DNA of 57,693 nucleotides from Candidatus Eiseniibacteriota bacterium. GTDB lineage: Bacteria > Eisenbacteria > RBG-16-71-46 > SZUA-252. This document shows positions 1-8,500 of this stretch, piece by piece; the stretch's first letter is position 1, and every line of letters starts with the position of its first letter. The notes beneath the pieces were generated by a model. That model saw nothing but the letters and a program-made list of their open reading frames with translations. It did no database searches and was not told where the DNA came from. The stretch lies in contig DATJGP010000038.1 of the NCBI GenBank assembly GCA_035494915.1, positions 1-57,693 of the forward strand. Reading direction: 5' to 3'. The position numbers and the translations under genes are program-made.

Positions 1-983
1 ACCTCGAAGATGCCCATCGGTCCGTTCCAGAAGATGGTGCGCGCTTCCGCGAGCGCGTTCTCGATCGCGGCGATTGACGCGGGGCCGATGTCGATGCCGG
101 CCTGATCCCTGGGAATACCGTCGACCGAAACGATGCGCCCCGGGTCTTCGCCCGTGGTGCCGGATGCAACGCGGCAGTCGCTCGGCAGGAGCAGCTTCTT
201 CGAGGCCTCCGGATCGTGGAGAAGCGTCCGCGCCGTCTCGACACGATCCTCCTCGACGAGCGAGCGCCCGACCTCGATTCCCTTGGCCTTCAGGAACGTG
301 AACATCATCCCGCCGCCGATCACGATCCGGTCCACGCGCGGAAGGAGGTTGGTGAGGACGTCGATCTTGCCGGAGATCTTGGCTCCGCCGAGGATCGCCA
401 CATACGGCCGCTCCGGGCTCTCGAGGAGTCGCGCGAGCGACTTGAGCTCCTGCTCCAGCAGGAAGCCGGCGGCGCAGTCCGTGAGGAATGCGGTGATCCC
501 TTCGGTCGAGGCGTGGGCGCGATGCGCGGCCCCGAACGCGTCGTTCACGTAGGTGTCTCCGAGCGTCGCGAGCGCCTTCGCGTAGGCGGGATCGTTCTTC
601 TCCTCCCCCGGATCGAAGCGAAGGTTCTCGAGGAGGAGCACGTCGCCATCCTGAAGCGCGCGCGACGCCGCCTCGGCGTCGGCTCCGATGGCCGGAGCGA
701 CGAATGCGACCTTCTTCCGCAAGTAGCGCTCGAGCGCATCCCGCACCGGCTTCAGGCTCTGCTTGGGATCGGGCTTTCCCTTCGGCCGGCCGAGATGCGA
801 GGCGACCACGAGCCGCGCCCCCTTCTCGATGAGGTACCGAAGCGTCGGGAGCGACGCCACGATGCGCGAGTCGTCCGCCACCTTACCTTCCGCGTCGAGC
901 GGCACGTTCATGTCGACGCGCACGAAGACCCGCCGTCCCTGGACGGCGATCTCGCTCAGCCGGCGGAAGGCCGGGGCGCTCAC
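1..983 (-). CDS. pgk: Phosphoglycerate kinase, 3'-truncated by the window edge
   Basis: Not in the ORF track because it is open at the window edge. My translation of the minus strand from the GTG at 983 gives VSAPAFRRLSEIAVQGRRVFVRVDMNVPLDAEGKVADDSRIVASLPTLRYLIEKGARLVVASHLGRPKGKPD. This contains the PGK N-terminal signatures RVD.NVP and SHLGRPKG. The GTG overlaps the gap stop codon (GTGA), as expected for a gap-pgk operon. Confidence 0.9.
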   Translation of the reverse strand, partial: MSAPAFRRLSEIAVQGRRVFVRVDMNVPLDAEGKVADDSRIVASLPTLRYLIEKGARLVVASHLGRPKGKPDPKQSLKPVRDALERYLRKKVAFVAPAIGADAEAASRALQDGDVLLLENLRFDPGEEKNDPAYAKALATLGDTYVNDAFGAAHRAHASTEGITAFLTDCAAGFLLEQELKSLARLLESPERPYVAILGGAKISGKIDVLTNLLPRVDRIVIGGGMMFTFLKAKGIEVGRSLVEEDRVETARTLLHDPEASKKLLLPSDCRVASGTTGEDPGRIVSVDGIPRDQAGIDIGPASIAAIENALAEARTIFWNGPMGIFE

Positions 984-1978
984 GCCTTGCCCAGGAGCAG
1001 GAGCGCGTCGACCATGCGGTTCGAGAAGCCCCACTCGTTGTCGTACCAGGAGAACACCTTCACCACGCGATCCCCCGAGACCATCGTCAACGGCGCGTCG
1101 AAGACCGAGGAGTGCGGATTTCCGATGATGTCGGACGAGACGATCGGGTCCTCGTTGTACTGGAGGACGCCCTTCATCGGGCCGGACGCGGCCTCCTTCA
1201 TGGCCGCGTTCACCGACTCGATGGTCGCCGTCTTGGACACGTTCACCGTGAGATCGACCACGGACCCCGTCGCGACCGGCACGCGCACCGAGATGCCGTC
1301 GAGCCGTCCCTGGAGGGACGGGAGCACGAGGCCGATCGCCTTGGCGGCGCCCGTCGAGGTCGGGATCATGGAGAGCGCGGCCGCGCGGGCGCGGCGGAGA
1401 TCCTTGTGCGGCGCGTCCTGGAGCCGCTGGTCGCTCGTGTACGCGTGGACGGTCGTCATGAACCCGCGCTCGATACCGAACGCCTTGTCGAGCACGGCGG
1501 CGACCGGCGCCAGGCAGTTGGTGGTGCACGACGCGATCGAGACGACGGTGTGCTTGGCGGGATCGTAATCCGAGTCGTTCACGCCCATGACGAAGGTCGC
1601 GTCCGCCCCCTTGGCCGGGGCGGAGACGAGCACGCGGCGCGCCCCCGCCGCGATGTGGCACGCGGCCTTGTCGCGGTCGGTGAACTTGCCGGTGCACTCG
1701 AGCACGACATCGATTCCCAGATCCTTCCAGGGAAGCGCCGCCGGGTTTGCCTCGGAGAGCGCCCGGATCGACTTCCCGCCGACCGTGATGGTCGAGCCCT
1801 CGGCCGAGAAGCGCTCGGGCCACTGCCCGTGCACCGAATCGTAGTGGAGGAGATGCGCGAGCGTCTTCGCGTCCGTGATGTCGTTCACGGCGACGAAGTC
1901 GATCCCGACCTGGCGCTTGAGCGCCGCCCGCAGCACCAGGCGGCCGATCCGTCCGAACCCGTTGATCGCTACCCGCAC
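980..1978 (-). CDS. gap: Type I glyceraldehyde-3-phosphate dehydrogenase
   Basis: 332-aa ORF. It has the N-terminal NAD-binding motif MRVAINGFGRIGR and the catalytic motif SCTTNCLAP, and its length is typical for GAPDH. Confidence 0.95.
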   Translation of the reverse strand: MRVAINGFGRIGRLVLRAALKRQVGIDFVAVNDITDAKTLAHLLHYDSVHGQWPERFSAEGSTITVGGKSIRALSEANPAALPWKDLGIDVVLECTGKFTDRDKAACHIAAGARRVLVSAPAKGADATFVMGVNDSDYDPAKHTVVSIASCTTNCLAPVAAVLDKAFGIERGFMTTVHAYTSDQRLQDAPHKDLRRARAAALSMIPTSTGAAKAIGLVLPSLQGRLDGISVRVPVATGSVVDLTVNVSKTATIESVNAAMKEAASGPMKGVLQYNEDPIVSSDIIGNPHSSVFDAPLTMVSGDRVVKVFSWYDNEWGFSNRMVDALLLLGKA

Positions 1979-1986
1979 GAACCCTC

Positions 1987-3024
1987 CTAGCTGAAGAAGA
2001 CCCGGGCCATGTCGTACAGCTCCGGCCCCACCTGCTTGATCGAACCGAGCGCTTCAGCGAGCGGCACGTCCACGATCGCCGTCCCGCGAATGGCCACCAT
2101 GCGACCGAATCCGCCTCGCGCGACCAGGTCCACGGCGGAGACGCCGAAGCGCGAGCCGAGCACGCGGTCGAACGCGGTGGGCGACCCGCCCCTTTGGATG
2201 TGGCCGAGCACGCTGTAGCGCGTCTCGTACCCCGTGGTCTCTTCGATGCGCTCGGCGAGCGAGGCCCCCACGCCGCCCAGGCGGATGTGGCCGAATTCGT
2301 CGCGCTTGTCCCTCTGCTCGTGGAGCGGCTGCCCCGCGTCGTCCGCGAGCCGCGCCCCTTCGGCGACCACGATGATACTGAAATTCTTGCCCCGCTCGTG
2401 GCGGCGCTCGATGGCGTCCTTGATCTCCGCGAGGCGCACCGGGAACTCCGGGATGAGGATCATGTCCGCTCCACCCGCGATGCCCGATTCGAGCGCGATC
2501 CAGCCGGCGTGCCGTCCCATCACTTCGACCACCATGACCCGGTCGTGCGACTCGGCCGTCGTGTGGAGCCGGTCGATCGCCTCGGTCGCGATGGTCAGGG
2601 CGGTGTCGAAGCCGAAGGTGTAGTCGGTGCCGTTGACGTCGTTGTCGATCGTCTTCGGGACGCCCACGACGGGAAGCCCCGCCTTGGCGAGCTTGGCCGC
2701 GGCCCCGAGCGTGTCCTCGCCGCCGATCGCGATCAGGGCGCCGATCCCCCGCTTCTCCAGGGTCCGGCGGATGACCGCTTCACCGTCCGGCTCCTTGTAT
2801 GGATTCGTCCGGGAAGTCCCGAGGATCGTGCCGCCCCGCGGCAGGATCCCCGAGACGGAGCCGAGGTCGAGGGGCTCGATCTCCTCGCGGAGCATTCCCC
2901 TCCAGCCGTGGCGAATGCCCTCGACGGTCCAGCCGTGGCCCGTGACGGCCCGACGGACGACGGCGCGGATGACGGCGTTCAGCCCAGGGCAATCACCCCC
3001 GCCGGTCAGCACCCCCACCTTCAT
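1987..3024 (-). CDS. pfk: 6-phosphofructokinase (PfkA family, with PPi-type signature residues)
   Basis: 345-aa ORF starting MKVGVLTGGGDCPGLNAVIR, with GGEDT at residues 101-105 and PKTIDND at 123-129. A GGAGG ribosome-binding site lies 9 nt upstream of the ATG at 3024. Confidence 0.9.
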   Translation of the reverse strand: MKVGVLTGGGDCPGLNAVIRAVVRRAVTGHGWTVEGIRHGWRGMLREEIEPLDLGSVSGILPRGGTILGTSRTNPYKEPDGEAVIRRTLEKRGIGALIAIGGEDTLGAAAKLAKAGLPVVGVPKTIDNDVNGTDYTFGFDTALTIATEAIDRLHTTAESHDRVMVVEVMGRHAGWIALESGIAGGADMILIPEFPVRLAEIKDAIERRHERGKNFSIIVVAEGARLADDAGQPLHEQRDKRDEFGHIRLGGVGASLAERIEETTGYETRYSVLGHIQRGGSPTAFDRVLGSRFGVSAVDLVARGGFGRMVAIRGTAIVDVPLAEALGSIKQVGPELYDMARVFFS

Positions 3025-3080
3025 CGAAGCGCCCCTCCGCTTGCAGCAACGTCCACATAGACAACGAATTAGAGCGGCGG

Positions 3081-3110
3081 ATTGTAGTGGCTCTGCGGGT
3101 CCTGCGTCAA
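3081..3110 (-). promoter_or_regulatory. Candidate sigma-70 promoter for pfk-gap-pgk (TTGACG-N18-TACAAT)
   Basis: The minus strand reads cTTGACGcaggacccgcagagccacTACAATcc in the 159-nt gap between the GWxTD stop (3184) and the pfk start (3024). The -35 is at 3110..3105 and the -10 at 3086..3081. This is a sequence match only. Confidence 0.4.
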
Positions 3111-3183
3111 GAGCCGCGTGAGGAATCCTGACGCACGGCGAGACGTGGGATGGACTTCGGTCGAGGCGAGTACAGACGAAGGC

Positions 3184-4689
3184 TCAGTGAATGCTGGTGG
3201 TCGAGGAATAGTCGAGGATGTAGTCGCCGTAGCCCTGATTGTCGACGAAGACGAACTTGAGCCCGGAGGAGATCTCGTTCATCCCGAACCGGGGCACGAG
3301 CTCCTTCCCTTTCATGTCGTACGTCCAGATCTCGTACGCGCGGTCGTCCGCGGTCCCATCCGTGGTGTCGGTGATCTGCTTCTGGGACTGGAGCGGGATC
3401 TTGTCGAGGTTGTAGCCGAGCGTCTTGGAGCCGACGGGCACCCGCTCGTCCTTCACGTCATCGGGCTCGCCGTACCGGATGTACACGCGGCCGCGATCGC
3501 TGAACATGCCCCGGCCGAAGATGGAGTAGTGGTTGTTGGCGTAGTTCACCCGTCTCAGGAACTCGTCCCGGAGCTCGTTGTCCGCCGTGTCCGGAGTCGG
3601 GTCCGAGTCGCGCCAGAGACGTTCCACCCAGCGCTCTTTGTCCCCCATCGAGAGCGAGCGGAAGACCAGAACCGAGTCCGAGGGCATGAGCGTGCTCGCC
3701 GTCACCTCGTAGAGATCCGCCGCGTCCGGGCGCCACGAGTCGAGCGCCCAGAGGACGTCGAAGTCGCCCCTCGACTCGGCGGTGCTGCCGCGCTCGTCCT
3801 TCACGCGAAGCGTGATCCAGTAGTGTCCCCCGGGGAACTCGGACGTGTCGATGCTCATGGCGTGCGGCCAGCCGGTGCCTTCGCTGATGCGGAGCGAATC
3901 GACGCTCGTGAACATGGTGTCGCCCGAGGCGCTGAAGATCCAGGTCTCGACCAGTCGCAGCGCACCGCCCGTCGGGGGCGGATCGTCGTAGAGCTCGTAG
4001 TAGACCGAGACCGCCTCCTGGAAGTGCCCGAAGTATCCGCTCGGCTGCGGCATCACGTCATAGGGCCCACGCGCGAAGGGCGACCCCTCGGAGCGCGGTT
4101 CCACGTCCCATGCGAACAGGAGTCCGCTCAGGGCCGGGTTCTTGAAGAGCCACGGCCCCATGTCGACCGTTCCCGTGACCTCGCCCTGGCGCTTCTGTCC
4201 CTTCATCTTGTAGACAAATCCCATCCGGTCCATGTTCATGTCCTCGACTAGGACCCGGAAGGTATAGACGCCGGGAGGGACCGCCAGCCCGAGCGTGTAG
4301 ATCTCGCCGAGCAGCGAATCCCGGGCCGCGTAGACGTCGGTGCTCTGGAGGATCGCTTCGCGCTGGAGGTACCCGGCCCGCTTCCCCGACTTGTTCCACA
4401 TCTCGACCGTGATTCGAAGCTTGGCGGAATACCGGTCGTTCTCGGGAATGAAGCGGATCTGGCGGTAGGGGACGCGGATCGAGAAGTCGGCGCGGGCTTC
4501 CTTCTCGCCGTGGCGGAAGGGAGTGACCGAGGCGTGGAAGCGGATCTCGCCGGTGGAGGTGGCGCGGTCCCCGGACCGCTGGTCCGAATCCGCCCGTGCG
4601 GCGAGCGGGACGAAGAGCGCCGCCGCGAGGAGGGCGCTTAGAAGACCGAGCCGCGGATGGCCCGCCGGTCGGGCTTCCGGCCTCCTCAC
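3184..4689 (-). CDS. GWxTD-domain family secreted protein
   Basis: 501-aa ORF with a signal peptide (LGLLSALLAAALFVPLAARA). The C-terminal region (FSDRGRVYIRYGEPDDV ... YEIWTYD ... FVFVDNQGYGDYILDYSS) matches the pattern I recall for GWxTD-domain proteins, although the eponymous motif is degenerate here (GMFSD). GTG start at 4689, 12 nt after the stop of the PorV-like gene. Confidence 0.6.
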   Translation of the reverse strand: MRRPEARPAGHPRLGLLSALLAAALFVPLAARADSDQRSGDRATSTGEIRFHASVTPFRHGEKEARADFSIRVPYRQIRFIPENDRYSAKLRITVEMWNKSGKRAGYLQREAILQSTDVYAARDSLLGEIYTLGLAVPPGVYTFRVLVEDMNMDRMGFVYKMKGQKRQGEVTGTVDMGPWLFKNPALSGLLFAWDVEPRSEGSPFARGPYDVMPQPSGYFGHFQEAVSVYYELYDDPPPTGGALRLVETWIFSASGDTMFTSVDSLRISEGTGWPHAMSIDTSEFPGGHYWITLRVKDERGSTAESRGDFDVLWALDSWRPDAADLYEVTASTLMPSDSVLVFRSLSMGDKERWVERLWRDSDPTPDTADNELRDEFLRRVNYANNHYSIFGRGMFSDRGRVYIRYGEPDDVKDERVPVGSKTLGYNLDKIPLQSQKQITDTTDGTADDRAYEIWTYDMKGKELVPRFGMNEISSGLKFVFVDNQGYGDYILDYSSTTSIH

Positions 4690-4701
4690 GGGCGCCCTGT
4701 C

Positions 4702-5688
4702 CTAGAAGCTCACGTTCAGCGAAACATGGTGCGCATCGGACAGGAACTTCATGTCCTGATACGCGTAGTCGAGTCTCGCGACGGAGGACTTGATGACGGT
4801 CAGCGGGAACTTCACGCCGATGCCGGCTGTGAGTCCCTCGGTGTCGTAGTTGAGCTTGTATCCGCCTCGGAGGAACAGGTAGTCATGGAAGCCATACTCG
4901 GCGCCGAGGTTCAGCTTCTCCGAGTTGTCGGGAGGATGCGTGAACTCCGCGCTCGTCAGGAGCCGGCTGTCGCCGTTCTGCATGAGCGCCGCCGACCCGC
5001 CGACGCGGAAGAACACCGGCATCTTCACCTTCTCGTCGATGAAGGTCATGTCGCTTCCGATGTTCTGGATGGCCATGCCGATCTTGGCTCCCAGCACGCC
5101 TACGTCGTAAAGCGTGCCGAAGTCGAACGTGACCGACTTGCCCTTCACGTCGTCCAGACCCGTCTGAACGTAGTTGATGTTGAACCCGGCCGAGAACTTG
5201 TCGGTGAGTGAGCGCGCGTAGGAGAGCCCATACGTCCACTCACCCGCGTCGAACGTCTCGCCGTTCCCGTCCGGCAGGTAGGTCGTCCGGACGATGTCCC
5301 GGCTCATCGTGAGGGCGCGCACGTTCACGCCCAGCATGCCCGGGATCCACTTGATGTTGAACACGTAGCCCGCCTGGTCGAACGACACGTCCGCGGGCCA
5401 CGCGGTGTGATTGAGCGTGATGGACTGCCCCGAGAGGCGCGAAATGCCAGCGGGGTTCCAGTACACCGCCGACGCATCGTCGGCGATGGCTACGTAGGAA
5501 TCCCCCATCGCGTTCGCGCGGGCGCCCACACCCATCTTGAGCGATTGCCCGCCCAGGGTTCCCACTTTTTCGAAGATCTGCGCTCCTTCCGCCGTCAGGG
5601 GCAGCACGAGCAGACAGAGTGCGATCACGATCGCGATTCTCACGCCATTCCTCCTCGGTTCCCGGTGGGTCGCTCCGGCCGGTCTCAT
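4702..5688 (-). CDS. PorV/PorQ-family outer-membrane beta-barrel
   Basis: 328-aa ORF with a signal peptide. The N-terminal motif LKMGVGARANAMGDSYVAIADDASAVYWNPAGISRL is typical of the PorV/PorQ (FadL-like) family. The C-terminus is aromatic (SLNVSF). The ATG overlaps the upstream stop (ATGA). Confidence 0.75.
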   Translation of the reverse strand: MRPAGATHREPRRNGVRIAIVIALCLLVLPLTAEGAQIFEKVGTLGGQSLKMGVGARANAMGDSYVAIADDASAVYWNPAGISRLSGQSITLNHTAWPADVSFDQAGYVFNIKWIPGMLGVNVRALTMSRDIVRTTYLPDGNGETFDAGEWTYGLSYARSLTDKFSAGFNINYVQTGLDDVKGKSVTFDFGTLYDVGVLGAKIGMAIQNIGSDMTFIDEKVKMPVFFRVGGSAALMQNGDSRLLTSAEFTHPPDNSEKLNLGAEYGFHDYLFLRGGYKLNYDTEGLTAGIGVKFPLTVIKSSVARLDYAYQDMKFLSDAHHVSLNVSF

Positions 5689-8498
5689 CGAATCACCACG
5701 AATTTGCCGACTTGCCGCCCCAGATCGGTGTCGACCGAATAGAGATAGATGCCGCTGACGATCTTCTGCCCGTTGCGCGAGATCAGGTTCCAGGGAACGG
5801 ATCCCTGCCCCGTCGTGAGCGGGTCCTTGCCGAACTGGAGGTCGGCCGGGACGTTGCCGTCGAAGGGCAGATCCTTCACCAGATCGCCTGCGAGCGTGTA
5901 GACGTGAATGGTGCCCTTGGTCTTGGGCAGGTTCACGAACACCACCTTGGTGCCCGATGGGTCCTCCTCACGAGGCACGAGGTCCCACTGCGCTCCCGCC
6001 TTGTAGGGATTGGGGACGACGTAGACTTCCTTCATCGTCGGCTGAGCGTCCCCGCGCGGATACACGACCTGTGCGTTGGTGGCGCCGGGATTGCCGCTCA
6101 GGATCACGTCGTTCGCCGGAACGTCGCCCGGCACAACGGACACGGGGACGATGGAGTAGAAGTACGGGAACCCGTTCAGCACGTTGTGATCGACGTAGCT
6201 GTACCGCCCGACCGAGTAGAGGGTATCGACCTCCGTATGGGCGTGGCTCGGATCGTTGTCCACCTTCCGGGCCACCGGATCCCATCGCACCTCGACCGTG
6301 TCGATGCCGACGATGGCCGCCGCGGGATCGATCAGCTCGCCGAGCGGATGGGCCGACACACCCTTCGGATCCACGCGCCATTCGCCCAAGAGCGTCCAGA
6401 GCTCCCGGGCCGGCGCGTTGGTCCCGAGCGGGCGATCCCATCCCGACGCTTTGTAAATTCGATAGCCGATGAATTCCTTCAGGTTGCCTCGCTGGGCGTC
6501 TCGAATACCTTCGGCGAAATTGCTCCACTTGAGGGTGACCTGGTTGTCTCCCGGGAAGAACCACGCCGAGACACGGACCGAGTCCGAATGGGTTGAGTAG
6601 AGCGGCAGGAAGTCCTTCACCTCACCCTTGCCGTCGGTTCCCGAGTAGAACGGCGCGGGCAGCGGCGCCGCGGCCACCCAGTTCACCAGGTGCTCGCGCC
6701 CAGCCAGGCCGGTGTTCACGTCGCAATCGAAGTCGACGTAGGTGCACGCCGTCGACGAGATCGTCAGGTCGAGCGTGTCGGACGACGCGCAGTGCGTCTG
6801 GAGCGGAGAGATGGCGTCCGTGCAGACGTACTTGCCACCCTGCTGGTCCGCGCAAGGAGTGCCGGGATCCCAGGGTGGAATGTCCGCATACCGGCCGTCG
6901 TGATCCGGCGCGTCCGGATCCGTGCGGAACCGGCGCTTGCAGACGGACGAGTCGGGGATTTCGTAGGTGAAGGCGCGGCCGCCGGAGGTATTCCGGATGC
7001 AGGTTTCCTTGCCGCACGTTCCCGTCGTCAGACTATTGTCGAGGTCCGCGTAGAGGCCGTCGAAGACCTGCTGCGCCGAGACCGCATTCGCCACGAGGGA
7101 GCTCGGGGTGCTCTGCCCTCCCCCCGTGTCGCGGCCCAGTCCCAAGCCCGCAACCCATGCGACCGAGATCGTGAGCGTGGAGTCCGGGAGGATCTGGCGG
7201 AATGGCCCCGTCGCACAGAGGAACCGGTAGTCCAAAGGCCGCTGCGACGACTGCGTCACCGCGAAATTGGGGTTGAAGCTGTTGTTGGGATTGAGCCTCG
7301 GATCCGACATGAGCTGGTAGCGCTGGGCGTCGTTTTCGGGATCGCCGCCTGCAGCGAACGAAGCCGAACCCGAGAAGAACTTGAACGACGTGATCCCGAC
7401 CCGCGGCGGCGCGTTGACGCCGGCGGGATCGACGGTGTGATTGAGGAACATGCAGCCGAAGTAGCCGTCTCCGGGAACGTCCCCCCCCTTGTTGTCCTGC
7501 GGGCGGTTGGGGTTGTCCGGATTGTCCCACGCGTACGCCATCTGGATGCGGCGCTTGACCGGCTCGCCCGTCGAGCCGATGTAGGTGACCGTCGAGTCGA
7601 AGAGGGCCGCCTCGTCATCCTGAAAGTAGCCGTCGACCGCGCGGTTCCCGATGTCCGGATCCGCGAAGATGGCGACGTAGACGTTACGAAGCGCCCGGCC
7701 GCTCAGGTTGATGATCTGATAGTCCATGCCGACGAAGTCGCTCTGTCCCGGCGTGGACCATGCGTAGCTGGTCTGCCGCACCTTGATCCCCAGCGGAACG
7801 TGCTCCGGATTGATCTGGCGAATGGCCGGCAGGTCGTCCCGGTACTCGCACGCGAACATCTGCTGACCGATGGCCGCATAATCTTCGTCGCAGAGCCCAT
7901 CGCCGTCGTCGTCCAGACCGTTCAGGAAGTCCTCGTCGATGCGGCCGTCGCCGTCGTCGTCCGGGTTCAAGCTGCTCGAGATGATGCGGTTTCCGCCCGG
8001 GATGCCCTCATAGGCCTCGCGGACGTCGGCGACCTGATCGATCGGCAGGTTGACGCAAACGTTGTCCGGGTTGGTCTCCGGAGAGAACTCGACCTGGTAC
8101 GCCGCCGTGGTCACGTGCGGAATTCCGCTCGCGTCCACCGCTCCGACCCACAGGCCCGCGGCATAGAGATGGTCGACGCCCGATCCGGGCGGGTATTCGG
8201 CCGAGGGCACGGTGGTCCGCGAAGGGTTGGCCGCGTTTCCGGTCTGCCCGATGTTGGTGACCTGCAGGTGCAGGCGACCGACGTTGTGCACGAACTTCCC
8301 GTCCAGCCGGAACGTCCGGTTGGCCGGAAGCTTCACCGTTTCCGTGGATCCGGCCGGTGGCTCGTAATAGGCGGAGGCGCTCCCACAGAGGAGAGCCATC
8401 GCAGCGAGGGATATGGCCGCGAGTCCCCCGCCGAGGGCCCGCCTCATCCCCACCATCGAACGACCTGCCTGGCGCATGGTGTCTGGCTGTCTCGTCAT
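5685..8498 (-). CDS. Large secreted protein with an acidic DDDGDG Ca-binding-like segment, a Cys-rich module and a T9SS/FlgD-Ig-like C-terminal domain
   Basis: 937-aa ORF with a signal peptide (LAAISLAAMALLCGSASA). It contains NPDDDGDGRIDEDFLNGLDDDGDGLCDEDY, a cluster of about 12 Cys residues (TGTCGKETC...FDCDVNTG), and the C-terminus VVPNPYK...IHVYTLAGDLVKDL...WNLISRNGQKIVSGIYLYSVDTDLGRQVGKFVVIR. The start could instead be an internal Met (for example M18 at 8447). Confidence 0.7.
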   Translation of the reverse strand: MTRQPDTMRQAGRSMVGMRRALGGGLAAISLAAMALLCGSASAYYEPPAGSTETVKLPANRTFRLDGKFVHNVGRLHLQVTNIGQTGNAANPSRTTVPSAEYPPGSGVDHLYAAGLWVGAVDASGIPHVTTAAYQVEFSPETNPDNVCVNLPIDQVADVREAYEGIPGGNRIISSSLNPDDDGDGRIDEDFLNGLDDDGDGLCDEDYAAIGQQMFACEYRDDLPAIRQINPEHVPLGIKVRQTSYAWSTPGQSDFVGMDYQIINLSGRALRNVYVAIFADPDIGNRAVDGYFQDDEAALFDSTVTYIGSTGEPVKRRIQMAYAWDNPDNPNRPQDNKGGDVPGDGYFGCMFLNHTVDPAGVNAPPRVGITSFKFFSGSASFAAGGDPENDAQRYQLMSDPRLNPNNSFNPNFAVTQSSQRPLDYRFLCATGPFRQILPDSTLTISVAWVAGLGLGRDTGGGQSTPSSLVANAVSAQQVFDGLYADLDNSLTTGTCGKETCIRNTSGGRAFTYEIPDSSVCKRRFRTDPDAPDHDGRYADIPPWDPGTPCADQQGGKYVCTDAISPLQTHCASSDTLDLTISSTACTYVDFDCDVNTGLAGREHLVNWVAAAPLPAPFYSGTDGKGEVKDFLPLYSTHSDSVRVSAWFFPGDNQVTLKWSNFAEGIRDAQRGNLKEFIGYRIYKASGWDRPLGTNAPARELWTLLGEWRVDPKGVSAHPLGELIDPAAAIVGIDTVEVRWDPVARKVDNDPSHAHTEVDTLYSVGRYSYVDHNVLNGFPYFYSIVPVSVVPGDVPANDVILSGNPGATNAQVVYPRGDAQPTMKEVYVVPNPYKAGAQWDLVPREEDPSGTKVVFVNLPKTKGTIHVYTLAGDLVKDLPFDGNVPADLQFGKDPLTTGQGSVPWNLISRNGQKIVSGIYLYSVDTDLGRQVGKFVVIR

Positions 8499-8500
8499 GG

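Noticed and set aside
7481-7488. Homopolymer tracts as phase-variation switches: C8 inside the 937-aa CDS (7481..7488), G8/G6 in the operon leader (11430..11437 and 11412..11417) and G7 at 17183..17189.
   Set aside because: With roughly one-third G and one-third C, a back-of-envelope random expectation gives about ten runs of 8 or more in 57 kb. These tracts are therefore not enriched. The reading frame is intact across the coding tract. Without population or read-level length variation there is no evidence of slipped-strand switching.
5685-8498. The 937-aa protein upstream of the PorV-like gene as a PorU (C25 peptidase, T9SS sortase) orthologue, by analogy with porU-porV synteny in Bacteroidota.
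   Set aside because: I could not find gingipain/C25-like catalytic His/Cys motifs. The Cys residues are clustered in what looks like a disulfide-rich module. I kept it as a CTD-bearing protein of unknown function, and an HMM search is needed.
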